A DNA stretch of 64,000 bases. Origin: the human T2T-CHM13v2.0 reference genome, Homo sapiens. This document shows positions 1-12,126 of this stretch, piece after piece. The stretch lies in NCBI RefSeq assembly GCF_009914755.1, contig NC_060927.1, one strand, 5' to 3'. Positions within the stretch are counted from its first letter, which is position 1; each line of letters opens with the position of its first letter. The position numbers and the translations under genes were made by a program. Below the pieces are notes generated by a model, which saw only the letters and a list, made by a program, of their open reading frames with translations, ran no database searches and was not told the DNA's origin.

Positions 1-496
1 AATTGAAAAATGCTGCAAATTATAGAAAATTATAACTTTTTTTCAGAGCCAGTTGTTAAACATTTACAACATAGCACTCAGTGGATCCTTTTGAATATGA
101 TCCAATAATAATAACAGCAACAGCAAAATAACCAATAATAGCTAAAGAAATGAGCTATTTTTTAAAGAAATTAATTACCATCAAGATATCCCCATCAAAC
201 CATTTGCAATTCCCTAGACACATCATGCTCCCTCATGCCTTCATGTCTTTTTCATTGATCTAAGTACCAGGTTAATAAATGATTAAATGAATGTTTCTCT
301 TCTGAGCAACCGTATATTCTGTGCTTGTTTTGTTGGATTTATCTCATAATTGTTTATCTTTTCCTACAACATAGTATTCTCCTTGAGGCAGGGACTTTGT
401 CTTTCAACCTTGGCATTCCCAAGGACTGCTCATAGTAGAAAATCAACAAATGTTTGTTGAATGAATAAAACATTTGAATCATTAGCTTATCTATAG

Positions 497-1214
497 CAAT
501 AGTTCTCAAACATTTAGTCTCAGGACCCCCTTATACCCTTAAAAATTATTGAGGATCCTTAACAGCTTTAGTTAATATGGGTTGTGTCTACTGATACTTA
601 CAATATTCAAAATTAAAACTGAAAAAATTTTAAAACACAAGAATACATAAGCACACATTCAATTTGTCATGAGAGTAATGATGTCATCACATCACATAGC
701 TTCTGGGAAACTCCAGTGAATCTTCATGAGAGAATGAGAATAAAAAAGAAAATAATATTTTAGTGTTGGTGTGAAATGTTTTTTGTTTTGTTTTGTTTTG
801 TTTTGTTTTGTTTTTGAGATGGAGTCTCGCTCTGACGCCCAGGCTGGAGTGCAGTGGCACAATCTCGGCTCACCACCACCTCTGCCTCCCGGGCTCAAGT
901 GACTCTTCTGCCTCAGCCTCCCCAGCAGCTGGGTCCACCGGCATGTGCCACTATGCCAAGCTAATTTTTGTATTTTTAACAGAGACAGGGTTTCACCATG
1001 TTGGTCAGGCTGGTGTCAAACTCCTGACTTCATGATCCACCTGCCTCAGCCTCCCAAAGTGCTGGGATTACAGGCATGAGCCACCACGCCCGGCCGGTGT
1101 GAAAATACTTTGACCCCACAAGCCCCCTGACTAGATCTCAGGAATTCCCTGAAGGAGTCTCAGGGGCCCTCTGAAGGGTCTCAGGACCCCCAAGCAACAC
1201 ATTGAAAATCACTG
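497..1214. mobile_element. hAT-Charlie type non-autonomous DNA transposon (MER113/Charlie4-like), interrupted by an Alu
   Basis: Ends CAATAGTTCTCAAA...TTGAAAATCACTG form Charlie-type TIRs; flanks ATCTATAG/CCTTATAG resemble a degenerate 8-bp TSD. Confidence 0.6.
777..1095 (-). mobile_element. Alu (AluS-like) with (TTTTG)n tail
   Basis: Full dimeric Alu in reverse; TSD GGTGTGAAA at 768-776 and 1096-1104. Confidence 0.95.
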
Positions 1215-1703
1215 CCTTATAGTAATTCTTCAACTAAATAAACTAACTCAGAAAAAAACATTCCACAGAGTTAGGTACAATGGATTTGATGATTTAGGAT
1301 TAAGCACAGTAACTCTGTCCCAGAGGGAACTTGGAGAAAGGTGGACTGGTAGTCATTTGATGTGAGTCATTGTTTTGTGGATTAAATAATTTTGTAAAGT
1401 GAAAACGTGGTACTAAGCACATTAATCAATTACATATTTTTGATAGACTTTCTATAGGCTGAGGTATTTTTTAAATCAAGTAATTGGCATATTTTAGCAA
1501 CCGATATTTTGGGGTATATTTTATGACTCTTGACCTTACGCTGGAAGCAGCACTAACTTTAAAACTCTCCAGCTACAGAACCCTAGTCTCCTATCAGGCT
1601 TTCTGAGACTGAGAAGAAGTGGTCAATAAATAGTGATTCCTGTGGTTTCCTTTTGAATTAAAGACTTTTCTGATTGAAACATTCATGCAGCTTTATAATC
1701 TGG

Positions 1704-2085
1704 TGTGATTAGTCCATTCTCACACTGCTATAAATACCTGAAACTGGGTAATTTATAAAGAAAAGAGGTTTAATTGACTTACAGCTCCACAAGCTGTACA
1801 GGAAGTATGGCTGAGGATGTCTCAGGAAATTTGCAATCATGGCAGAAGGCAAAGAGGAAGCAGGCACATCTTACATGGTGGGAGTAGGAGAAAGAGAGTG
1901 AGGGGGAAGGTGCTACACACTTTTAAAACACCAGATCTCATGAGAACTCACTCATTATCATGAGAACAGCAACAGGGAAGTCCACCCTCAGTATCCAATC
2001 ACCTCCCACCAGGCCCCTTCTCCAACATTGGTGATTACAATTCAGACATGAGATTTGAGCAGGGAAACAAGTAGAAACCATATCA
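1704..2085 (-). mobile_element. MaLR solo LTR (MSTA-like)
   Basis: TGTGATTAGTCCATTCTCACACTGCTATAAA...AAACCATATCA is the reverse of the MST/THE1 consensus; CTGGT on both flanks. Confidence 0.85.
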
Positions 2086-2621
2086 CTGGTCAAATCCACT
2101 AATGTCTGTACATTACCACAATAATTATTATTTAATTGTTTAATTTTAAACAGATGAGAAAAGAAAGCCACTACTTCATTTTCCAAAATAGGGAGTATAA
2201 AAATCTTTTTCTTTCCTGTATCTATATAATATCCAAAATTATGTTACAGAAGTATTTTTGCTTTTCTCATGCTAAGAATACCAGTTCTTTCTTCAACATT
2301 ATTTCTAATAAGCAGTTTCAGATAAAGAGTATGAATGTCAGGTTGCTCAGTTTCCACTCTTGTCAACTCTATTAAGTTTATTATGTAAAAAAGAAGAATG
2401 AAATGAGATAAAATGGATATATTTAGGATGTTTCGGGATGCCAAAACATTACTACTTTTACTATGACATAACAGAGGATGCCTTAATGCCTTATCACAAA
2501 GCTTTTCCCATTAAGCATCACAAAGGGTTCTATTTTTTCTTACAGTAATTCCCCTTTGAGGATAATATATTGCCATACTTCCTAAAGGAGTGTATATTTA
2601 TCTTAGATGATGTATTCAGCA

Positions 2622-2623
<2 letters not shown>

Positions 2624-2667
<44 letters not shown>
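2624..2667. repeat. (GT)n microsatellite
   Basis: About 22 perfect GT units. Confidence 0.98.
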
Positions 2668-2669
<2 letters not shown>

Positions 2670-3212
2670 GAGAGGTGGGGGTAACATAATCATGGAGTAT
2701 GTACCCCATGATAAGTAATTTAAAATTTTATTTTTATTAAAATAAACACAGATATATCAAATAAAATGAAGACATTATGTTAATTTTCAGATCAAATATG
2801 GAATTAAAAAATGTCTCTCCTTCAGCAGATTAATTCTCCCAGAACACACACCAATTGACAGAAAACAGCAGGGAGTCTAGACTCAGCAGCCTTACTGAAG
2901 AAGACTTAGAAAATCACAAAGCTTTGAAAGTCACAGAACCAAGAGATAAAGATTGGCATGACTATTTATCCAAAGCAAGTCATCCAAGTGGGTAAAAGTG
3001 CCCATCCTTCTGGTAACAGGATAAACAGATAAACAGTATAGAGATATTACAAGGAAATCTCAAAACACATTGGGATATATATATCATAAAATTTTTTTAT
3101 GTATACAATATATGTATATATATGTGTATATACATATATGCATATTTTGTTTGTTTTGTTCTGTTTTGTTGTAAATAAAGGAGTTGATAAGTAAGGATGC
3201 TCATACTAAAAA

Positions 3213-3422
3213 TTTATTCATTCATTCAACAAATATTTATTGAGCCCCTACTACGTGCCAGGTATTTTTCTATGCAATGAGGACATAGCAGTAAATAAAA
3301 CAAGTCCCTGCTTTCATGGAGTTTGCATTCTTATGGGGGAGACAATAAACAAGCAAACAATAAATATATAACATAATGTCTGATATTTAAAACATTATAA
3401 CAAAAATAAAACAGGATGGTAT
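3213..3422 (-). mobile_element. L2 LINE 3' end, left part (split by the outer provirus)
   Basis: ATTCATTCATTCAACAAATATTTATTGAGC...GTGCCAGG L2 terminus; sequence resumes at 18862. Confidence 0.8.
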
Positions 3423-3884
3423 TAAGGGAGGAGACCACCCCTCACATTGTCTTATGCCCAATTTCTGCCTCGAAAGAAACAAGAAGTAAAAACTAAAAGG
3501 CAGAAATGAAATCCACAGGCAGAAAGCCCAGTGCCACACCCTGGGCCTGGTAGTTAAAGATTGACCCCAACCTAATTGATTATGTTATCTATAGATTACA
3601 GACATTGTATAGAGAAGCACTGTGAAAATCCCTATCCTGTTTTGTTCTGTTCTAATTACTGGTTCATGCAGCCCCCAGTCACGTACCCCCTGCTTGCTCA
3701 ATCGATCCAGACCCTCTCACGTGGACCCCTTTAGAGTTGTGAGCCCTTAAAAGGGACAGGAATTGCTCACTTGGGGAGCTCAGTTGTTGAAGACGTGAGT
3801 CTTGCTGAAGCTCCCGGCCAAATAAAACCCTTTCTTCTTTATCTTGGTGTCTGAGGGGTTTTGTCTGCAGCTTGTCCTGCTACA
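3423..3884 (+). repeat. Outer 5' LTR (LTR2)
   Basis: Homologous to 18395-18857; TATA-like CTTAAAAG near 3747, AATAAA 3821-3826. Confidence 0.95.
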
Positions 3885-3889
3885 TTTCT

Positions 3890-3907
3890 TGGTTCCCTGA
3901 CTGGGAA
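3890..3907 (+). promoter_or_regulatory. Primer binding site, tRNA-Glu (outer provirus)
   Basis: TGGTTCCCTGACTGGGAA is a 17/18 match to the complement of the tRNA-Glu 3' end (TTCCCGGTCAGGGAACCA). Confidence 0.92.
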
Positions 3908-4146
3908 GCGAGGTGATTAACAGACAATCGAGGCAGCCCTTAGGCAGCTTAGGCCTGCCCTGTGGAGCTTCCCTGCGGGGGACTCCGGCCAGCTTGAGCG
4001 ACACGGATCCTGAGAGCACTCCCATGTAGGCAATTGCCCCAGTGGAATGCCTCGCCAGAGCAGTGCATGGCAGGCCCTTGTGGAGGATCAACACAGCGGC
4101 TGAACACCAGGAAGGACATGGCACTTGGAGTCTGGACATCTGAAAC

Positions 4147-4155
4147 TTGGTAAGA
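4147..4155 (+). promoter_or_regulatory. Retroviral leader major splice donor (outer)
   Basis: TTG|GTAAGA in the leader; conserved in the inner copy (GT at 11398-11397 on -). Confidence 0.65.
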
Positions 4156-4431
4156 CTGGTCTTTGGAACTTGCCTGCTCCATTTGAGTAGAAGCGTGGCC
4201 TGATCACCCATGGCGTGCCTGTACCGGCACTTTGGTTTTTGTTTTTGACTTGACTTGGATTGCTTGATACTTTGGTTTTGGTTTTGACCTGGCTTGGATT
4301 TCTTGATACTCTGATTGTGGTTTTGATTCTGGTTTGGTGTAAACTGTAAAATTATGTTTGTGCGCTTTTTACCTGTTCTTTGTTTTGTGGTGTGCTTGTG
4401 GTATGAGCCTGGTGTTTTGTCTTGAAGAAGC

Positions 4432-4520
4432 ATGGGTCAGGCACAAAGTAAGCCCACCCCACTAGGAACTATGTTGAAAATTTTCAAAAAAGGATTTAAG
4501 GGAGATTACGGTGTTACCAT
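4432..4520 (+). pseudogene. gag: Outer gag matrix, N-terminal part
   Basis: MGQAQSKPTPLGTMLKIFKKGFKGDYGVT with MG..S myristoylation-type start; cut by the nested provirus. Confidence 0.85.
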
Positions 4521-4981
4521 TGTAGCAGGACAAGCCACAGACAAAACTCCTCAGACACTGAGTTAAAGAAGGAAGAGGCTTATTTGGCCGGGAGCATTGG
4601 CAAGACTCCTGTCTCAAGAGCTGAGCTCCCCAAGTGAGCAATTCCTGTCCCTTTTAAGGGCTCACAACTCTAAGGGGGTACATGTGAGAGGGTTGTGATC
4701 AATTCAGCAAGCAGGGGGTATGTGACTGGGGGCTTCATGCACCAGTAATCAGAACGAAACAGAATAGGACAGGGATTTTTACAATGCTCTTCCATACAAT
4801 GTCTGGAATCTATAGATAACATAACCGGTTAGGTCAGGGGTCGATCTTTAACTACCAGGACCAGGGCGTGGTGCTGGGCTGTCTGCCTGTGGATTTCATT
4901 TCTGCCTTTTAGTTTTTACTTCTTCTTTCTTTGGAGGCAGAAATTGGGCATAAGACAATATGAGGGGTGGTCTCCTCCTTA
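4521..4981 (-). repeat. Inner 3' LTR (LTR2)
   Basis: Homologous to 11665-12126; purine tract AAAGCAGGGGAA precedes it on the - strand; poly(A) hexamer reads AATAAG. Confidence 0.95.
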
Positions 4982-5012
4982 TTCCCCTGCTTTGAGACTC
5001 TCACTCATTTTA

Positions 5013-7072
5013 TTAGTGGGAGTTCTCACTTTCATTTTTACTACCTATGCCTTCCTGCATGACAGATTGATAGTGATTTATGTAGCACACTTGTGCTGAA
5101 GCATTCTGGTGAACTAGAGTAGCGATGAAACCTTTTGCCATTTGAATGAGTACAGGTAGTAAACAAGGGATCAGTAAGCAGGTTCCTATTAGTACTATAA
5201 TTTTTATTATAAGAGTTTTAAATCCTCCTAGTGCTGGGAATCATTTTTAAACATGGCCTCAGGGTCAAATCCGTGCCACACTTGTACAGGCACATGTGCC
5301 AGTTTAGTCATGTCTTTAACTATATCTTCAACTACTTGACCCTGATCATCTATGTGCAGGCAGCAATTGGTAAGGTTAAATTTTCTACAGACTTTCAGCT
5401 GCTAGCAAGTAGTTAGGAGTCCATCTATTTTGATAGATAGCATTTCTCATCTGAGTTTCTTGCTGGGCCAGAACAGTCAAGGTTTTACCGGTTTTATCAG
5501 TAATGATCTCCAAGACAGCTTGCAACTGTATGATTCGGTTGAGCATGTAAATGGGGGTCTGGTATCACCACGAGCCATCTTATGCCCAAGTGGTAGGCCC
5601 ATAGTATTGTATAATTTTTTCAGGAGGCCGTTTATCATCTTTTTAATTATCTATGGCTATGCTTCACTTTTTGCTGGAAGCATAGAAAGGGAAGCCCAGG
5701 AGTTCGCCTGTTTTTACCGGCAGTAGGAAGGAAGATGGTTTAATAGTGCCAATAACACAACTACCTGTCCACTGGTCAGGCAGCTTAGCGTAGGCTCTAT
5801 GTCCACATATCCAGTATAGCCCAGTGGGGGCTGTCCAGTCCCAGTGGGATTCTGGGTGGGCCTAAATGGTCTGCAACTTTGGAAATTTACTGAATGGATT
5901 TTTCTCTGGGTGGTTTGAACTCCACCACATAGTCTTCCTACAGGAAGGGTGAAGTCCTTCCCCACTCTTGCTATACAGTATTGTCTAATGATTGAGGCTT
6001 TTAGGACCTAGAAGTGATCAGGGTAATTATTTTGGGCCAGGAATTCATCAGGAACTGGGTCTGTAGGTACTAATTCTCGGGCTTCCTACGGCCATTGATC
6101 TCCTGTTACAGTTTCTCCACATACATAACATGAAGTGAGAGTGAGAAACTGGGCTACATGCTCAGCTAACTGCAAAAACAAATTTCTTATTTTTCCTGGA
6201 ATTTCTGGTACTGGCACATTTAGTTTATCATAGAAGGTTTGAAATACTGGCTCAGGAGGGTGTTTATAAACTTTTTCTCAAACCACAATATTTACTTGAA
6301 GATCCAGTCCAGCTCCATCAATTTTTAGGGTTCCCCTTTTTTCTAGCGAGGATTAAGGGGGTTGGTTATTACTAGATCTAAGTGGTTACACTGACCGCTG
6401 GTACAGGAAGGGCCACTTTTCCCTTTCTGAAGGTGGACAGGATTTTTTTTATTTTTTTTATTCAAGTAGCCTAAATGACACAAGAGCAGTATCTACATTT
6501 ATTTTCACACAGACCTAATTCATGATAAATGTACTTATTTTCTGCCATATAGCCTCTTTTCTAATTAACAGAACCACATCTTATTTTTTTTTTTTTGTAT
6601 TTTTAGTAGAGACAGGGTTTCACCGTGTTTTCATATCATTTTTTACTTATTATTATTAATGACAGCACAGGCATCAAACTTCAAGGTGATTTGTTTGGGC
6701 ACCTCTTTTTTTTTCTGTTTTGGCTAACACTTTACTTGTATCATTTATGAGCCCCCACCAGTCTTCAGTTCTTAATCTTATTTTAAAAACTGTGGTCATC
6801 GGAGGCTCAGATGGGTCATAACACACATCAGGTTGGTCATTTCCCGGGCTACATACCTTGTATAGAATAACATTATACAAACAAGTTCTTTTTAGATTTC
6901 CAGCACACTTATAATAACCGTAAAATAATAGGACTGTAGCAACATTTTGTCCTATCTCAGTGACTTGATGTATACACTGGGAACAGCCCTCAGTCTGCAG
7001 AAGGTCAGTTGAAGTCCTTACTGTACAAGTCCAACTTTTAAGGAAAATGAGTCCCACAATGAGTTTTCTCAT
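5013..7072 (-). pseudogene. env: Inner HERV-E-type env, disrupted
   Basis: MRKLIVGLIFLKSWTCTVRTSTDL...CSPGNDQPDVCYDPSEPP; TM remnant with [10 protein letters not shown]; multiple stops and frameshifts. Confidence 0.88.
6586..6629 (-). mobile_element. Tiny internal Alu fragment inside the inner env
   Basis: TTTTTTGTATTTTTAGTAGAGACAGGGTTTCACCGTGTT is the Alu middle linker plus left-arm end; absent from the outer env at ~16755-16765. Confidence 0.8.
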
Positions 7073-7094
7073 GCTTCGGCTGTGCGTGGACCAG

Positions 7095-7725
7095 TCAGCT
7101 TCTGGGTGTGACTGGAGCAGGGCTTGTCGTCTTCTTCAGAGTCACTTTGCAGGGGTTGGCGAAGCTACTGCCATCCATATACGGCTCCCAGTCTACTGAT
7201 GTTTAAGGATGGTCTCAGAGGCTGGGCCCACTAGAATAAACTGAGTCCAATACCTCTACATAGTTATGTTCAACTGGGCTCTCTGATACCGGGAGCAAGG
7301 TGGCGAGGTTTAGGGTGTTGCAAACTTCAATGGTTATGTGGGGATTTTCACAGAGCAAGCTTTGGTATCTGTTAGTCTAGCATTCGTTAGCTAATGATGT
7401 CCTTTGGTATTTATTAAAGTCACCACAGCATGGGGGTACTTTATGTTTAGGTTTTGCTCAAGAGTTAGCTTATCTGCTTCTTGAGCTAACAGGGCCATTG
7501 TTGCCAGGGCCCTTAGACATGGGGGCCAGACTTTGGAAACCCCATCTAGTTGTTTTGAGAGATAGGCCACTGGCCTTGGCCAGGGCCCTACAGTCTAGGT
7601 TAAAACTCCAACTGCCATTTTTCTTTTTCTGACACATAGGGTATAAAGTGTTTTGTCAGGTCAGGTAGCCCCAGGGCTAGGGCTGACATGAGTTTTTCTT
7701 TTAACTCATGAAAAGCTTGTTGCTG
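7095..7725 (-). pseudogene. pol: Inner pol fragment (RT connection to RNase H start, joined to the integrase tail)
   Basis: Reverse-complement homolog of 15665-16300. Confidence 0.75.
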
Positions 7726-7729
7726 TTGG

Positions 7730-9130
7730 TTTTAATAGATGTAGTTTGTCTAATCTACGTTTTTATTAACTGTCACCCACTAAAATATAGACTTAAATCC
7801 TGTAGCTATTTGATCTCAAGCTTTAAATTGATCTGGTATTCCTTGTGGGGCTCCAATTGCATCTAAATAGATGTGAGAGTTGAAAGACCCATAAAGGGCT
7901 TCTCTTGCTTTAAGGTGTCTTATTTTTTCTCCCTCTGGTTGATAAAATGCCAGGGCAAAAGGGATAGCCAAATGGACTAAAGCACAAGTGCCACTCCAGT
8001 TATTCGGCAGAGTGCCCAGTAAAGGTCCACCACAATACCACCACACATCTGCTCAGGGCTGACTGATTGATAAGTTCTTGAAAATTCTTAAGCTCATCGC
8101 ATCCCTTCAGGTTTCCAAGGAATGCTAAGTTTCCTCCCTGTCGTGAGAGACACGAAGTGAACTTAGTGTTGGGAGACGGAAGCTGGATGGCCCTTGGGGG
8201 CTGACCCGCAGGGTGCTGGACTTCGGGATATAGCAGAGAGAGCTTGGCATGACTTATTACTCCAGGCTATAGCATCCTGGAAAAGAGCTGCTGTGCAGCC
8301 TACGCCTGGTCGACTGGAGGACCACCTTAGTGGAAGGGGGACAATTTGGGCCTCTGGCCTGCCATGTGCACAAGCATAACAATTGCTTTTTGTTTAACAT
8401 GCAGATGGAATATTTGATCCATTTTAACCAGGCATTTGCATCTTGGTATCCTATCTTTATTGCTAAAGTTTGTTTTAAGTCTTTAACTTCTATGATCCTC
8501 TAGTAAAATGAATGTATGATTTTAGGAAATTACAAAAACCAGTTGGGGCAGTCCATCCTTGCTCTTTAGTGGCCCACAGAACATTGGACCAACTATGGCA
8601 TGAAAGCTCTACATCGGGGGGCAAGACTCCTGGTTGGCATTGGGGTCTTTATTGAAATCTCCCTGGAATAAATGGTCCTAGTTTACTAATGTCGAGTCTG
8701 AGGAGAGTCAGGATGGAAAGAAGTACTTTTGTGAAGTAGAAAACTGTCTTTGACTTGGCAAGTCTCCACAGGGTATAACAAGGCAAGCATTAAATGCAAT
8801 AGTTGGAGGCAAAATTGACTTGGTTATATTAATAACCAGATGGTCAGCAATAGGACGAGGAATGAAGAAAGAGTAACAGAATAGACGAAAAGAGTTAAAT
8901 TTTTTTTAGCTTTAGTTTAGTAGGGTTTTCCCCTGGGACTATGGCCCACGACTCTGGAGGAGGTGGTGCTTTCTTGACTCGGGTGTGATGAGTCCATCCT
9001 TTTTTGCTGTACGAGCAGCAGTCTTGGTGGTTGGCAGCACAAGGTAGCGTCCTTCCTAGGCTGGCTCGAGTTTTTCTTCTTTCCACCCTTTGATGAGAAC
9101 GTGATCTTCAGGCTGGTGCTGGTTTACTGG
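7730..9130 (-). pseudogene. Inner second retroviral segment: integrase C-terminus plus partial non-HERV-E env
   Basis: LEPA*EGRYL...KGWTHHTRVKK; WWYCGGPLLGTLPNNWSGTCALVHLAIPF. Confidence 0.7.
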
Positions 9131-10587
9131 AAATTCTAGGGGCGGTACCTGTGCTAAAAGACTTTTAGTTTTGAGGGAAAGGAAAGTGGAAGATAAACCA
9201 AGTATATAATTTTTAAGAAATTGACCTTTTGTTTTAAATGTGGGGACCTTGGCAGTGGACTTTAAAGTCTTTGGTGCCTTTTTACTGAGAAATTTCTTTT
9301 AGCCCCTATTTTTATTAGTTTTTAAACCAAAGAAAGCCAAATACCATTTTACATTTAACAATGCTTTATGTATGATTTTTATACCAGATAAGCTAAATTT
9401 TACCGTTATATTAGTGTGTTATTAATGTTAAACCTAATTTTAATAAAACCTTGTAGACATATTTATCCAATTTTTAATGTTTGACCATAAGGTAAGATTT
9501 TATAGCCTCTTTTTAACCTTTTATAATTTTTGCTAAAGCGCAGGTTGGTGCTTTAAGAAAAACCTGCTATGCTTTTATTTTAATGTCCCGTTTACAGAAA
9601 AACTGGATAATACCTCTTTAACTTTAGCCAATGTTTACACACAGAATTTTCTTTCCATTAACATTTTAAAACTTGATTAAACCTTTAAAACAAAATATAC
9701 ATATTTTAACCTTTTAATGTCGGTAAAAATTTGTATTCTTATAATTATTTTACCAAAGGTATATTTCACTTTTCTTATACACCTTGCACATAAACTGTTA
9801 TTATTTTTTTTTTTTTTTAGTTTTACATTCAGGAGGCCTAGTTACTTTTACATTATACAACATTTCCTGCATAAATTCTTTTTTTATAACATTTTTCTCT
9901 TTCACAACTTTCGCAGACAATTCTCCAACATGCTTTAACTTTCAGACTTATTACAAATATTTCTTTCTTTAAACAACCAGTTAATTTATTTCAGGAGAAG
10001 ACTTTACAATATAATACTCTTTTTATATAAATTCTGCCCCCCTTTTTTTTCCTTCTTTTTTTTTCTAACAGAACAGCCCCATACTTTAAGATTTTTGAGT
10101 TAGTAAGCTCCTTTTTCTTTTTTGATTTAGGATAGTTCTGAACTGAACTAATAAGGTGTGCTCACAATGAGGTTTCCTCTAAAAGTTATTTATTTATTTA
10201 TTTATTTTTACTTTTTTTCTGTTAGCAAAGCAGTTGCTGCTACAGATTGAATGCATTTGGGCCATCCGCAGGTTACTGGGTTAAGAATTTTTGATAGGAA
10301 GGCCTCAGTGCTTTCGGGATATGCCCTTGTTTACACAGACAACAAAGTGGTATTGGAGCATTATAGGATTACAGAGAATACCTTCAATTATCAATTACAG
10401 GTTTTAAATTTACCTTGGCTTTTAAAGGAATAGGGTACACTGTTTTTTTTTCTTAACTACCTGTATATATCTCTCTTTCTCTCTCTCTTTGACTTTATCT
10501 CTCTCTCTTTGACTTTTCTTTGCCTCTGTCTCTTCCTCTCTCTCTTTTCTGTCTCTCTCTCTCTGCCTCGCTTATGCTGCAGTTCTC

Positions 10588-10873
10588 TCAACCACTGTGG
10601 AGAGATCCAAAACCAGCTGTAACCAAGCATCTATGTATGGGAACTGGTCTGGGTGCCCTGGCTTTACAGGTTACCTTGTGCCATACCTTTGAAACAAGGG
10701 ACCTGTCCAGGCTTCCTTCTGATGGCCAACCCACCTCTAATGCTGGCCAGTCTATTTTACACAAAGTTTTAAGTTTTCCTGGTGTCATAGTACCCCATAG
10801 TCTCCCTTAAATCCTTTCTTGAAATTTTTCAACATAGTTCCTAGTAAGCTGGGCTTATTTGTGCCTGACCCAT
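10588..10873 (-). pseudogene. gag: Inner gag matrix remnant (frameshifted)
   Basis: MGQAQ start at 10873, early frameshift, then MTPGKLKTLCKIDWPALEVGWPSEGSLDRSLV. Confidence 0.85.
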
Positions 10874-11037
10874 GCTTCTTTGAGACAAAACGCTACACTC
10901 ACACCACACGCACACCACAAAACAAAGAACAGGTAAAAAGGGCACACACACAGTTTTGCAGTTTACACCAAATTAAAATCAAAACCAAAATCAGAGTATC
11001 CAGAAATCCAAGCCAGGTCACAACCAAAACCAAAGCA

Positions 11038-11395
11038 TCAAGCAATCCAAGTCAAGTCAAAAACAAAAACCAAAGTGCCGGTACGGGCACACCATGGGTG
11101 ATCAGGCCATGCTTCCACTCAAATGGAGTAGGCAAATTCCAAAGACCAATCCTGTCAAGCAATTCAAACCAAGTCAAAACCAAAACCAAAGTGCCGATAA
11201 AGGCATGCCATGCGTGATCAGGCCACACTTCCACTTAAATGGAGTGGGCAAGTTCCCAAGACCGGTCCTGTCAAGCAATTCAAACCAAGTCAAAACCAAA
11301 ACCAAAATCAAACCGAAGTGCCGATAAAGGCACACCTTGGGTGATCAGGCCATGCTTCCACTCAAATGGAGTGGGCAAGTTCTCAAGACTAGTCT
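11038..11395 (-). repeat. Three tandem ~117-bp units in the inner leader
   Basis: TCAAGCAAT...AAGTGCCG...GTGATCAGGCCA...AAATGGAGT recurs from 11038, 11155 and 11271. Confidence 0.9.
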
Positions 11396-11641
11396 TACCA
11401 AATTTCAGATGTCCAGATTCCAAGTGCCCGTTCCATCCCGGTGTTCAGCCACTGCATTGATCCTCCATGGGGGTCTGCCGCGCGCTGCTCTGGCAAGACT
11501 TCCCACCGGGGCAAATGCCTATCTGGGAGTGCTCTCAGGATCTGCATCACTCGGGCTGATCGGAGTCCCCCATAGCGATGTTCCACAGGGCAGGCTTAAG
11601 CTGCCTAAGGAGCTGCCTCGACCATCCGCCAATCACCTCGC

Positions 11642-11659
11642 TTCCCGGTCAGAGAACCA
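11642..11659 (-). promoter_or_regulatory. Primer binding site, tRNA-Glu (inner provirus)
   Basis: Plus strand TTCCCGGTCAGAGAACCA is a 17/18 match to the tRNA-Glu 3' end. Confidence 0.92.
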
Positions 11660-11664
11660 AGAAA

Positions 11665-12126
11665 TGTAGCAGGACGAGCTGCAGACAAAACTCCTCAGAC
11701 ACCGAGTTAAAGAAGGAAGAGGTTTATTTGGCTGGGAGCATCGGCAAGACTCCTGCCTCAAGAGCCAAGCTCCCCAAGTGAGCAATTCCTGTCCCTTTTA
11801 AGGGCTCACAACTCTAAGGGGGTCCACATGAGAGGGTCGTGATCAATTGAGCAAGCAGGGGTTATGTGACTGGGGGCTGCATGCACCAGTAATCAGAATG
11901 AAACAGAACAGGACAGGGACTTTTACAATGCTCTTCCATACAATGTCTGGAATCTATAGATAACATAACCGGTTAGGTCAGGGGTTGATCTTTAACTACC
12001 AGGCCCAGGGCGTGGCACTGGGCTCTCTGCCTGTGGATTTCATTTCTGCCTTTTAGTTTTTACTTCTTCTTTCTTTGGAGGCAGAAATTGGGCATAAGGC
12101 AATATGAGGGGTGGTCTCCTCCCTTA
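11665..12126 (-). repeat. Inner 5' LTR (LTR2)
   Basis: Adjacent to the PBS; AATAAA intact (TTTATT at 11723-11728). Confidence 0.95.

Larger units (their letters stand above)
4521..12126 (-). mobile_element. Inner endogenous retrovirus, LTR2/Harlequin, 7.6 kb, antisense inside the outer gag
   Basis: Two LTRs, tRNA-Glu PBS, same internal order as the outer element; TSD CCAT (4517-4520)/CTAT (12127-12130). Confidence 0.93.

Noticed and set aside
3780-4433. 217-aa minus-strand ORF, the longest in the track
   Set aside because: Antisense reading of the low-complexity T/G-rich ERV leader; the homologous inner region is broken into several ORFs, so no coding constraint is evident
11038-11395. Regularly spaced repeats resembling a CRISPR array
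   Set aside because: Whole units are repeated with no unique spacers; eukaryotic ERV leader with no cas genes
11642-11659. tRNA-Glu-like sequence
   Set aside because: Only the 18-nt primer binding site; no tRNA body
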